A DNA stretch of 41,012 nucleotides from Methanomassiliicoccales archaeon (GTDB taxonomy: Archaea; Thermoplasmatota; Thermoplasmata; Methanomassiliicoccales; JAUVWO01): NCBI GenBank assembly GCA_030604065.1, contig JAUVWO010000002.1:1-41012 (forward strand), in the 5' to 3' direction. The stretch's first letter is position 1. Every line of letters begins with the position of its first letter. A program made the translations under genes and the position numbers. Below the pieces are notes generated by a model. That model saw nothing but the letters and a program-made list of their open reading frames with translations. It did not search any database and was not told the origin of the DNA. Below, piece after piece: positions 25,322-33,803 of this stretch.

Positions 25322-25765
25322 TCACTCTCGAGTCCAGACATCATCTGGTATCTCATCGTAGACTGAATCCGCCTCCTCCGTCTCATCACCCACGGATGAT
25401 TCACCGGATATGAGCTGGACTATGCGATCCTTACGGAAGAGCCAATAGTGGATGCGCCACTCCCTGCCATCGTAGAGTGTGGTCTCTTCCCTCTCGGTGG
25501 TCAGAATGCCAGTGTCCTCTAGCATATAGAACGCATCGCGGTCCTCTGGCTCCAGAATATTATCTATTATACGTTCGTTGTAACCAAAGAAATTCAACAC
25601 ATGCTGTGCCATATATTGAGCCTGCTCATCGAGCATGCCCTTCATATCAATTCCGTTCTTGATGGCCAATGTAAGATCCTCCACGGTGAAGGTCACGCAT
25701 ACATTGGGCATATCTCCAGCCGCGGTTACATCTACCTGTCCCAATTCATCTGTTGTAGTGTCCAT
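25322..25765 (-). CDS. Hypothetical small acidic protein with a possible winged-helix core
   Basis: ORF with G/C-rich third codon positions like its neighbours. ATG 25765 is preceded by GGGAG 12 nt upstream; the track extends to GTG 25816. No family recognised. C-terminal tail GDETEEADSVYDEIPDDVWTRE. It ends 45 nt before xpd, and the spacer has no AT-rich element. Confidence 0.7.
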   Translation of the reverse strand: MDTTTDELGQVDVTAAGDMPNVCVTFTVEDLTLAIKNGIDMKGMLDEQAQYMAQHVLNFFGYNERIIDNILEPEDRDAFYMLEDTGILTTEREETTLYDGREWRIHYWLFRKDRIVQLISGESSVGDETEEADSVYDEIPDDVWTRE

Positions 25766-25879
25766 GTTCAATTGCTCCCAGGCCCCATAGGGATGCGCCC
25801 TCCGGGCGGATAGCACCCTATCCGTAGTCCCCGTTGAACGCTGTATATGAAATGATTTTATGAAACAATTTTACTGCTC

Positions 25880-25958
25880 GAACCCCTATATATAAGTTGA
25901 CCATGCAACGTTTTTTTACGTTATATAAAGATTGTTAGCAAATGATATAAAAGATTTG
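25880..25958 (-). promoter_or_regulatory. AT-rich spacer with three TATA-like boxes and a small T-loop hairpin
   Basis: ctatatataag (about 25886-25896), gttatataaag (about 25920-25930) and gatataaaag (about 25945-25954). aacgt-tttttt-acgtt forms an inverted repeat around 25900-25915. This is presumably the promoter of the hypothetical-xpd array plus the serA terminator zone. Confidence 0.35.
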
Positions 25959-25989
25959 TGGTTTGCAAGGGTTGCTGGGTCATTGTCGC

Positions 25990-27594
25990 TCAGTCCATAT
26001 AGGCACGGGGCCTGATGTTACTGAGCTTGATGAAACGGGCCTCGTCGAACAGTGCATGCGCATTCAGCTCGTTGAGGACATCATTGGAAACCTCCCCGTC
26101 TACACTGATGAGCATCATTGCGGTGCCTCCGGGCACGTCCCTGCCCACGCCCATCCTGGCAATGTTTATGCCCTTTCCAGACAGCATGGTGGCTACCTTG
26201 GCGATGACTCCTGGAAGATCCTTGTACTGGGTGAGGATGAAGTCACCCTCCAGAGGGACCTCCAGATCGAAATCGTTCACGCCCACGATGCGGGGACTCC
26301 GCTTGGGGAACACGATGCCACGCACCTCCACCTTGCGCTCACCAGAGTACAGCCTGATGGATAGCATATTGGTGTACTTCTCCAGCTCCTCGACCTTTGA
26401 CTCCACCACTTGGATGCCCTTCTCCTTGGCCAGGGCCTCGGCATTGATTATGTTGGTGCCCTCGCCGATGATGTTGGACAGCGCACCTATGAGCGCCGAG
26501 ATGGTGACCATGCGAGCGTTCATGGTGGCGATCTCCCCATGGACAGTGACCTGGACCTTTTCCACCGGTCCATCGATCATCTGGAATGCGAAGGACCCCA
26601 GCATCTCTGCCAGGGGCACGAACGGAGCCAGCTCCGGGTCCAGTTCCCCCCGGGGAGCGTTAATGGCGTTTGTGATCGTTCCCTCTTTAAGAAACAGGGC
26701 CACATGCTCTGCCATCTCCAGTGACACTTTCTCCTGGGCCTCCTTGGTCGATGCGCCCAGATGGGGGGTCATCACCAGGTTATCGAGCTCCAGCAACGGA
26801 GAGCCCACCGGAGGCTCGTTGACGTATACATCGAACGCAGCACCGGCTATCCCCCGATCCTTGAGCGCGTGATAAAGCGCGTCCTCGTCCACGATACCGC
26901 CGCGGGCGCAATTCACCAGCATCACATGTGGTTTCATCATGGCGAACTGCTCGGTAGAGATCATGTTCTCGGTACTCTTGGTCTTTGGAGCATGCACAGT
27001 GATGACGTCGGATTGCCTGAGTACATCCTCCAGCTCCATCAAGCGCACACCCAGTTTCACAGCGATCTCCTCGGGCAGGAACGGATCGTATCCGATCAGC
27101 TTCATATTGAACGACTTGGCCCGCTTGGCCACTTCCCCGCCCACACGGCCAATGCCCACTATGCCCAAGGTCTTGCCATTCAGCTCCACCCCAGTGAACC
27201 GCTTGCGCTCCCATTTGCCCTCCGCCATGGAAGCATGGGCCCACACGATGTTGCGGGCCAAGGTCATCATCATGGCCATAGCGTGCTCCGCTGCGGATAT
27301 TATATTGGCCTGGGGGGTGTTCATCACCAGAACACCTCTCCGAGTAGCATGGGCCACATCCACGTTGTCCACGCCCACGCCTGCACGGCCGACGACCTTA
27401 AGATCCTTGCCCGCATCGATGACATCAGCGGTCACCTTGGTGCCGCTCCTAATGATTATGGCATGGTATCCCGGTATGGTCTCCAGCAGCTCCTCATGAC
27501 TGAGACCGGGAATTATATCGACCTCAAGGCCAGATTCCCTCCTTAGCAATTCCAGCCCCTCCTCTGACAGAGGGTCAGTTACAAGCAGTCTCAT
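25990..27594 (-). CDS. serA: D-3-phosphoglycerate dehydrogenase, long form with ASB and ACT domains
   Basis: 534 aa with an NAD fold GIVGIGRVGGEVAKRA, catalytic context NCARGG...TPHLGAST, and a C-terminal ACT-like region. ATGA overlap with the upstream aminotransferase gene. Confidence 0.93.
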   Translation of the reverse strand: MRLLVTDPLSEEGLELLRRESGLEVDIIPGLSHEELLETIPGYHAIIIRSGTKVTADVIDAGKDLKVVGRAGVGVDNVDVAHATRRGVLVMNTPQANIISAAEHAMAMMMTLARNIVWAHASMAEGKWERKRFTGVELNGKTLGIVGIGRVGGEVAKRAKSFNMKLIGYDPFLPEEIAVKLGVRLMELEDVLRQSDVITVHAPKTKSTENMISTEQFAMMKPHVMLVNCARGGIVDEDALYHALKDRGIAGAAFDVYVNEPPVGSPLLELDNLVMTPHLGASTKEAQEKVSLEMAEHVALFLKEGTITNAINAPRGELDPELAPFVPLAEMLGSFAFQMIDGPVEKVQVTVHGEIATMNARMVTISALIGALSNIIGEGTNIINAEALAKEKGIQVVESKVEELEKYTNMLSIRLYSGERKVEVRGIVFPKRSPRIVGVNDFDLEVPLEGDFILTQYKDLPGVIAKVATMLSGKGINIARMGVGRDVPGGTAMMLISVDGEVSNDVLNELNAHALFDEARFIKLSNIRPRAYMD

Positions 27595-28655
27595 GCCATC
27601 TCCTCCAAGGCCTCGTCCATCGCCTTCAACAGACCCTTGACATCCTCAATGGTCAGGTCACCCATATGTCCGATGCGGAAGGTCTCGGCCTTGATGGGAC
27701 CGTAGCCGTTGGATATCTCATAGCCGAACTCCAACAGCAGGGCCGTCATCCTGGCGAAGTCGATGCCCTTCTTCTCTATCACAGTAATCGTATTTGACCT
27801 GTGCCCCGCCTCGGCGAACAGCCCCAGTCTGCGCTTGGCCCAGCCCCGGACCAGGTCCGCCATTTCCCGATGGCGACGGTATCTCTGGGCGCTGCCTTCC
27901 TCAAGCCAGCGATCCAGCTGGTAGTCGAGGCCATACATGATGGATATGGGCGGAGTGGTCAAGGTGTAACCAGTATCGGCCTTCTTCTTAAGCTCGAGAA
28001 GGTCGAAATAGAAACCACGGTTTGGTACTTGGGCAGCCTTCTTCATCAAGCGATCGCTAGCACAGATTATTGCCAGCCCCGGCGGAAGTGCCAGGGCCTT
28101 CTGGGTGCCGAACAGCAATGCGTCGATGTCCAGATCGCAAAGACCCAGATCGATGCCTCCCACTGAGGTAACGCCATCAATGAACATGAGGGCGTCACTG
28201 GCTCCACGTACCTCGTTCACAATGCCTGAGACATCGTTCAGCACCCCGGTCGAACTCTCATTCGACACCAGGGTAACGGCCTCGATGGAATCGTCAAGAT
28301 GACCCTCGATGTGCTCCCCTTTCACAGCCTTGCCCCAGGGGACGTCGATCTCGACGACATCCTTGCCGTTGGCTCGACCTATCCCTTGCCACCGGGTACC
28401 GAAAGAGCCGTTCGATAGACCCAGCATACGATCATTCACCCCGTTCCTGACGCAGGCCTCCATGAAACCAGTGGCCGATGCCGGAACCATCATTATGTGC
28501 AGGTCCGTATCCAGCGCCTTGTGCAGCTTCTCCACTATGCCTTCGTGCAGATCCTTATACTCCTTGCCCCGATGGGTCATCATCGGACGATGCATGGCGT
28601 TAAGAACCGCATCACGGACCTCGACCGGCCCTACAGTGAACAACCTATGACTCAT
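27591..28655 (-). CDS. Class V PLP aminotransferase, probable archaeal-type phosphoserine aminotransferase
   Basis: 354 aa. The PLP-lysine context LFGTQKALALPPG fits the class V fold, and the gene is translationally coupled to serA. The phosphoserine aminotransferase assignment is inferred from that context. Confidence 0.82.
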   Translation of the reverse strand: MSHRLFTVGPVEVRDAVLNAMHRPMMTHRGKEYKDLHEGIVEKLHKALDTDLHIMMVPASATGFMEACVRNGVNDRMLGLSNGSFGTRWQGIGRANGKDVVEIDVPWGKAVKGEHIEGHLDDSIEAVTLVSNESSTGVLNDVSGIVNEVRGASDALMFIDGVTSVGGIDLGLCDLDIDALLFGTQKALALPPGLAIICASDRLMKKAAQVPNRGFYFDLLELKKKADTGYTLTTPPISIMYGLDYQLDRWLEEGSAQRYRRHREMADLVRGWAKRRLGLFAEAGHRSNTITVIEKKGIDFARMTALLLEFGYEISNGYGPIKAETFRIGHMGDLTIEDVKGLLKAMDEALEEMA

Positions 28656-28671
28656 GAAAGCCCCCCAAGAA

Positions 28672-28733
28672 GGATCCGGTGCTTAGGACCGAAAGCACAA
28701 CCCAGAGGGCGATCCTTGTCCCTGTCCGGATCC
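28672..28733. promoter_or_regulatory. Nested inverted-repeat element (candidate structured leader or operator)
   Basis: ggatccgg (28672-28679) is the exact reverse complement of ccggatcc (28726-28733). These enclose hairpin gtgctt-aggaccga-aagcac (28679-28698) and aggg-cgatccttgt-ccct (28706-28723). The element lies 17-78 nt upstream of the serC-like ATG (28655, minus strand). Confidence 0.3.
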
Positions 28734-28929
28734 CATATCAGAACGTCCTAGATAATAGGCGCAGGGAATGCCCTCGTCCAGGTTGGTGGAGGGAGCTCCA
28801 TCGCCGACCGATAGACTTGACATGCCTGACACCGTCATATCCGGCCCGATAACCGGACGGTTCCGATATAAACCTTACGACCGCCGGATAGAGAATACCG
28901 TTATATCGGGATGGGGACATTGACCGACG

Positions 28930-30207
28930 ATGACCAAGGAGCGTGTCGCGGTGGTCGGCATTGGCTACGTGGGACTTCCAGTAGCCTGTATGTTCGCATC
29001 TAGTGGATTCCGCACCATAGGGGTGGACATCGACCAGAGCAGGGTGGACATCATCAACTCCGGTACCTCCCCCATCAGAGGTGACGAGCCAGGGTTGCAG
29101 GACCTGCTGGGCACGGTGGTCGAGAATGGCATGTTCCATGCCACCTCCGATGTCGTCGAGACCAAGGGCAGCGATCTCGTCATCGTATGTGTCGACACCC
29201 CTCTGGATGCCAACGGATCGCCCTACCTGGGGCGGCTTCGGTCAGCATTGGAGGGGGTCGCCACCTGTCTGGTTCAGGGGGCCACTGTATCAGTGGAGTC
29301 CACCATACCGCCCGGGACCATGATCGGTACTGTGATCCCGATCCTAGAGGCGGGCAGCGGGCTGATGGCCGGCGATGACTTTCATGTGATCCATTGCCCA
29401 GAAAGGGTGATGGTCGGACGCTTGCTACACAATCTGATCAACTACGATCGAGTACTTGGCGGATTGGACGATGCCTCGCGCATCAGGGGGGCGCACTTCT
29501 ACTCCACATTCATCGAGGGAAAGCTGCTCACCACCAGTCTGGTGGCAGCGGAGATAGCCAAGACTGGTGAGAATGCCTATCGTGATGTGCAGATAGCATT
29601 CGCCAACGAGATGGCGCTCATCTGCGAGTCGCTGGGGGCTGATGTGTTCGAAGTGCGGGACCTGATCAACTCCTGTCCATTCCGGGACATGCACATACCG
29701 GGAGCCGGAGTGGGTGGGCACTGCCTACCCAAGGACTCATGGCTGCTAGTGCATAACGCAGGGGAGGTTGCCAGGCTGATACCCGCGGCCCGGGAGGTGA
29801 ACGACAGCATGCCTCACCATCTAGCCTCCATGGCCCGCCAAGCGGTCATTGGTATCGACGAACCCCGTATAGCGATCATGGGGCTGGCGTTCCTAGGGGA
29901 TTCTGATGACGTGCGGGTATCGCCCAGCTATGTGGTGATCGACGACCTGGCCGACGTGGAACTTATGGTCCATGACCCGTTCGTCATTGAACCCTACCGG
30001 GCATCACTCACCGATGACCTGTGGTTGGCAATAGAGGGCGCGGATTGCGCAGTGTTCGTTACCGACCACAGCATCTATCGCGATCTGAACCTGGATCGGA
30101 TGGCTTCGATGATGCGGACTGCGATCATCGTCGACGGGCGCAACCTTTTCCGATCAGAGGATTGCCACGAACACGGCATCATCTATCGGGGAATAGGTAA
30201 AGGGTAG
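28930..30207 (+). CDS. UDP-sugar 6-dehydrogenase (UDP-ManNAc / UDP-GlcNAc dehydrogenase; WecC/WbpA-like)
   Basis: 425 aa with the N-terminal NAD fold VAVVGIGYVGLPVA and catalytic cysteine motif GAGVGGHCLPKD. Confidence 0.87.
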   Translation: MTKERVAVVGIGYVGLPVACMFASSGFRTIGVDIDQSRVDIINSGTSPIRGDEPGLQDLLGTVVENGMFHATSDVVETKGSDLVIVCVDTPLDANGSPYLGRLRSALEGVATCLVQGATVSVESTIPPGTMIGTVIPILEAGSGLMAGDDFHVIHCPERVMVGRLLHNLINYDRVLGGLDDASRIRGAHFYSTFIEGKLLTTSLVAAEIAKTGENAYRDVQIAFANEMALICESLGADVFEVRDLINSCPFRDMHIPGAGVGGHCLPKDSWLLVHNAGEVARLIPAAREVNDSMPHHLASMARQAVIGIDEPRIAIMGLAFLGDSDDVRVSPSYVVIDDLADVELMVHDPFVIEPYRASLTDDLWLAIEGADCAVFVTDHSIYRDLNLDRMASMMRTAIIVDGRNLFRSEDCHEHGIIYRGIGKG

Positions 30208-31229
30208 TGTCCAGTAAGCCTTTCAAGCACTTCACTTACGTCATCAGGACCGATGCCATAATGGGTAACGAAGCGCACCGCAGTGGGGGAGAAGGCGAAT
30301 ATCCTGATCCCTATGTTCTCGGCCTGGAGTACGAAGGTGTCAGCATCCATCCCCAATGGAGAGACATCAGCGATGACTATGTTGGTCTGGACCGTGGACA
30401 TGTCAACCCCAAACCCTATGGATCGAAGACCCTCTGCCAGGACCCTAGCGTTGTCATGGTCCTCCTGCAGGCGGTCCACCATATTCCTAAGGGCGTACAG
30501 CCCCGGAGCGGCGATCACCCCGGCCTGGCGCATTCCCCCACCGATCATCTTCCTGATCTTTCGAGCTCGTTCTATTGTCTCGGTGTCGCCCACCAGCATG
30601 GAGCCTACGGGTGCCGCAAGTCCCTTGGAAAGACAGAACATCACCGTGTCCGCCTCTCGAACCAGCCTATCCACCGGACAGGACTGGGCCAGCGAAGCGT
30701 TGAATATCCTGGCCCCATCCACATGCAGTCGCATGCCTAGCTCCTGAATGGCATCGGCGGCATCGGCGACCTGCTCCAGAGACCAGCAACAACCACCAGC
30801 CCTGTTATGGGTATTCTCAATGGCCACCAAGGACCCATGGGGGTAATGCAGATCCTCACCCCAATGCGCGGCCCGGACCTGGTCGCCAGTGAACACTCCC
30901 CTGGTGCCCTGCACCAGCTTGGGCATCAGACCGGCCACCGAAGCCATGCCCCCCACCTCGTAATAGTAAATGTGCGCCTCCTTCTCCAATATTACCTCGT
31001 CTCCATGTCCGCAGTGGACCATCAGGGCCAGCAGGTTGGCCTGAGTGCCACTGGTGGTCAACAGTCCCGCCTCCTTTCCCAGCATTCGGGATGCGGTCTC
31101 CTCCAACTCGATCACCGTGGGGTCCTCGCGCTCCACATCGTCGCCTAGTTCGGCATCGAGTATGCATTCCAGCATCGCCCGGTTGGGCTTGGTGAAGGTG
31201 TCACTCCGGAGATCTATGGCACGCATCAT
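30183..31229 (-). CDS. ltaE: Low-specificity L-threonine aldolase
   Basis: IDLRSDTFTKP, GDDVEREDPTV, TSGTQANL and the PLP lysine in MFCLSKGLAAPVGS. Its 3' end overlaps the convergent dehydrogenase gene by 25 nt. Confidence 0.9.
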   Translation of the reverse strand: MMRAIDLRSDTFTKPNRAMLECILDAELGDDVEREDPTVIELEETASRMLGKEAGLLTTSGTQANLLALMVHCGHGDEVILEKEAHIYYYEVGGMASVAGLMPKLVQGTRGVFTGDQVRAAHWGEDLHYPHGSLVAIENTHNRAGGCCWSLEQVADAADAIQELGMRLHVDGARIFNASLAQSCPVDRLVREADTVMFCLSKGLAAPVGSMLVGDTETIERARKIRKMIGGGMRQAGVIAAPGLYALRNMVDRLQEDHDNARVLAEGLRSIGFGVDMSTVQTNIVIADVSPLGMDADTFVLQAENIGIRIFAFSPTAVRFVTHYGIGPDDVSEVLERLTGHYPLPIPR

Positions 31230-31245
31230 GACTCCGTTACCTTTG

Positions 31246-31267
31246 GCGCGTACTTAGCGCGTACTTA
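31246..31267. repeat. Perfect tandem duplication, 2 x 11 nt (gcgcgtactta)
   Basis: 31246-31256 and 31257-31267 are identical and adjacent. The second copy contains the TAA stop (complement of 31265-31267) of the oxidoreductase gene. Confidence 0.9.
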
Positions 31268-32248
31268 TACATTAGCCGTATGCACTACTGCACCGCTATT
31301 GAGCGAAGCCAATGCCGCTTCGCACACCTGAAGGCTCTGCAATGCATCCCAACCTGAAACCAGCGGTTCAGATCGGCCCTCTGCTGCCCGCAAGAAGTCG
31401 ACCAGCTCCCGCCTCAGGGGCTCTTCGTGTCGCAAAGCCATGGTCCTGATGTTGTACTCAAGAGGTATGGTACTCATGTCCGCGGGGTCTATCTCGCCAT
31501 AAGTGGAGCTGGATTCCTTCACAGTCTGAGTGATGAAATCCACATCCATCAGACCGCCAGAGCATGTCAGCGACAGCGAACGTACCTTGAGTGGGGTGAG
31601 CCAATTGGTCTCTACGTGCCCGGTGGTACCATCCGCGAACCCCAATGATATGACGGCGTGGTCATCATAACCTTGGTTGCGATAGCAGCCGCCCACAGCG
31701 TACACACTGACCACCTCCTGACCGCTCACATGCCTCATCACATCCACATCATGTATGCCAAGGTCCATGACCACCCCCACGTCCCTGATGCGGGACGGGA
31801 ATGAGGAAACACGGCGGGTGGACATGGAGATTATCTCACCTAGACGCCCGTGTGCTAGCGACTCCCGGGTGGCGGCCACCACCGGGTTGAAGCGCTCGAT
31901 GAGGCCCACCATCAGTGTCAGATCCTCCTCATCGGCCTTGCGGCACAGGCCTTCGGCTATCTGGCTGCTGCCGGTGAACGGCTTCTCGATCAGAACGTCC
32001 ACCCCGGCCTCCATCGCCGCCAACGCCACCTGGGCATGAACACTAGTGGGGGTGGCGACAGTGACAGCATCGACGCGTGACAGCAGAGCGTCCATATCGC
32101 TGAAGTACTCAGTATCGAACCTGGAGGCAACATCCTCGCCCATCTCCCGGCTAAGGTCGTAGATCCCCACCAACTTAGCGATCTCCGAATAGACCCGAGC
32201 ATGATTCTTGCCCATAGACCCAACGCCGATGACACCCACCTTGAGCAT
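31265..32248 (-). CDS. Gfo/Idh/MocA-family NAD-dependent sugar oxidoreductase (WbpB / UDP-GlcNAc 3-dehydrogenase-like)
   Basis: MLKVGVIGVGSMGKNHARVY Rossmann N-terminus, EKPF motif (LIEKPFTGS), 327 aa. Confidence 0.84.
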   Translation of the reverse strand: MLKVGVIGVGSMGKNHARVYSEIAKLVGIYDLSREMGEDVASRFDTEYFSDMDALLSRVDAVTVATPTSVHAQVALAAMEAGVDVLIEKPFTGSSQIAEGLCRKADEEDLTLMVGLIERFNPVVAATRESLAHGRLGEIISMSTRRVSSFPSRIRDVGVVMDLGIHDVDVMRHVSGQEVVSVYAVGGCYRNQGYDDHAVISLGFADGTTGHVETNWLTPLKVRSLSLTCSGGLMDVDFITQTVKESSSTYGEIDPADMSTIPLEYNIRTMALRHEEPLRRELVDFLRAAEGRSEPLVSGWDALQSLQVCEAALASLNSGAVVHTANV

Positions 32249-32336
32249 AATGGCTCATAGGCTGTAGGCATGATAAAGCTCACCCTCACGATGAAATACA
32301 GGCGAACCCATCATGATGATGATGAGGAGAGACCTC

Positions 32337-32492
32337 ATGAATATCCTATCATGCCCGCATTGCCAGGGTGAGCTTGAGCTGAAAATGGCGACCGACAATG
32401 ATGAAGAGATCGTCGATGGCACCCTATTATGCGTTAGTTGTGGTCGAAGCTACCAGATCGAGGACGGGATACCGAACCTGCTGCCCCACTAG
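32337..32492 (+). CDS. trm112: Trm112-like small zinc-ribbon protein (51 aa; not in the ORF track)
   Basis: Own translation: MNILSCPHCQGELELKMATDNDEEIVDGTLLCVSCGRSYQIEDGIPNLLPH*. The CPxC...CxxC pattern plus the I-x-D-G-I-P-x-L ending is the Trm112/UPF0434 signature. GGAG lies 9 nt upstream. An in-frame (ATG)4 at 32313 would give 59 aa. Confidence 0.75.
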   Translation: MNILSCPHCQGELELKMATDNDEEIVDGTLLCVSCGRSYQIEDGIPNLLPH

Positions 32493-33643
32493 AGCTGTGC
32501 GAGGGCCCGCTTCATCCGCCCCAGGCCCTCCTCGAGGCTCTCGCGGCTGGCAGCATAGGACAATCGGAAGTGTCCCTCCCCTGATGTGCCGAAGGCGGCA
32601 CCGGGAGTTATGGCCACCCTGGCCTTCTCCAGCAGATAAGTGGCCAAGCGCTCCGATGACATATCGAAGTCATACTCTGGGAACACGTAGAACGCCCCCT
32701 TCGGCGGAAGTACGTTGATAGAGGGGATCTCATCCATCAGATCCAACACCAGCTTGCGGCGTTCTCCGAACTCTTTTACCATGGTCGCCACCGATTCCTG
32801 GGGCCCGTTCAAAGCCTCGACGCCAGCGGTCTGAGTGAACGATACGCAGCAGGTGATGGACTGGGTCTGAAGCTTGTTGACCACGTTGATGTTCTCCTCA
32901 CTGGCCAGCAGCCAGCCCAGCCGCCACCCTGTCATGGCATAGGTCTTGGAGAAACCATTGATGGTCAGTGTCCTCTCCATCATGCCATCCAATGAGGCGA
33001 TGGATAGGTGATTCCCCTCGTAGATTATCTTCTCATACACCTCATCAGCCATCACCATCAGGTCATGGTCCTTAGCTAGGTCCGCGATCCCACGTATCTC
33101 GTCGGAAGACAGTACACTACCACAGGGGTTGGAGGGTGTGTTCATCACGATCATCTTGGTGTTCTCGTTGATCTGCTCGGCCACCATCTCAGGAGTCATC
33201 CGATATTCGCTGGCCGCAGATACGGGTACGAACCTTGGTCTGGCACCTGTCAGCCTTACACAGGCCTCGTAAGTGCCCCAGGTCGGATCCTGCATGATGA
33301 CCTCGTCACCCTCTTGGAGAAATGCCAGGCAGCTCAAGAAGATGGCCTGCTTACTAGGTGTGATAAGAACATTGGATGAGCCGCAACGGATGCCATTGTC
33401 CCGATCGGACTTGTCAGCCACCGCCCGCCTCAACTCGGGAATGCCCTTGGACGGCGTGTAGTGGGTGAATCGTTCGTCCAGTGTGTCCTTGGCCACTTGG
33501 ACGATGTTCTCTGGGGTGCCGAAGTCCGGCTCCCCCATGGAGAAGGCCAGCACATCCACGCCCTCGGCCTTCATCCGACTTACCAGATTCGATATCTTCA
33601 CGGTGCCTGACTCAGGCACGCTGCTCATCCTGTCTGCGACCAT
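32489..33643 (-). CDS. aspC: Class I/II PLP aminotransferase (aspartate aminotransferase-like)
   Basis: 384 aa. LAFSMGEPDFGTP, NTPSNPCG and the PLP lysine motif NGFSKTYAMTGWRLGW. Confidence 0.9.
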   Translation of the reverse strand: MVADRMSSVPESGTVKISNLVSRMKAEGVDVLAFSMGEPDFGTPENIVQVAKDTLDERFTHYTPSKGIPELRRAVADKSDRDNGIRCGSSNVLITPSKQAIFLSCLAFLQEGDEVIMQDPTWGTYEACVRLTGARPRFVPVSAASEYRMTPEMVAEQINENTKMIVMNTPSNPCGSVLSSDEIRGIADLAKDHDLMVMADEVYEKIIYEGNHLSIASLDGMMERTLTINGFSKTYAMTGWRLGWLLASEENINVVNKLQTQSITCCVSFTQTAGVEALNGPQESVATMVKEFGERRKLVLDLMDEIPSINVLPPKGAFYVFPEYDFDMSSERLATYLLEKARVAITPGAAFGTSGEGHFRLSYAASRESLEEGLGRMKRALAQL

Positions 33644-33803
33644 TGCCTACAAGAAGATGCGTTCCCGTTGATATTCTTTACTGAATCGCGGGTACGGAAT
33701 GTACGAAAAACGCAGCGCCATTGCGTCATCCGTATCGGGAAGCCTGGCCTACACAAAACCATATATAACGGGTGTGGAGTAACTGGACCTGGTGAGCTAA
33801 AAT

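Noticed and set aside
23738-27546. Long plus-strand ORFs opposite xpd and serA (23738..24547, 269 aa; 26015..26872, 285 aa; 26761..27546, 261 aa)
   Set aside because: They are typical antisense shadow ORFs of G/C-rich-third-position genes. Their translations are low-complexity (Ser/Pro/Arg/His-rich) and lack motifs, whereas the minus-strand genes carry unmistakable family signatures.
28738-29139. 133-aa minus-strand ORF spanning the divergent spacer and the 5' end of the dehydrogenase gene
   Set aside because: It overlaps the Rossmann-fold N-terminus of a well-supported plus-strand gene and runs through TATA-like promoter elements. No motifs were recognised.
32313-32382. C/D box sRNA-like signals (ATGATGATGATGA ... 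CTGA)
   Set aside because: No acceptable C'/D' boxes or guide spacing were found. The stretch is better explained as the start region and coding sequence of the Trm112-like ORF.
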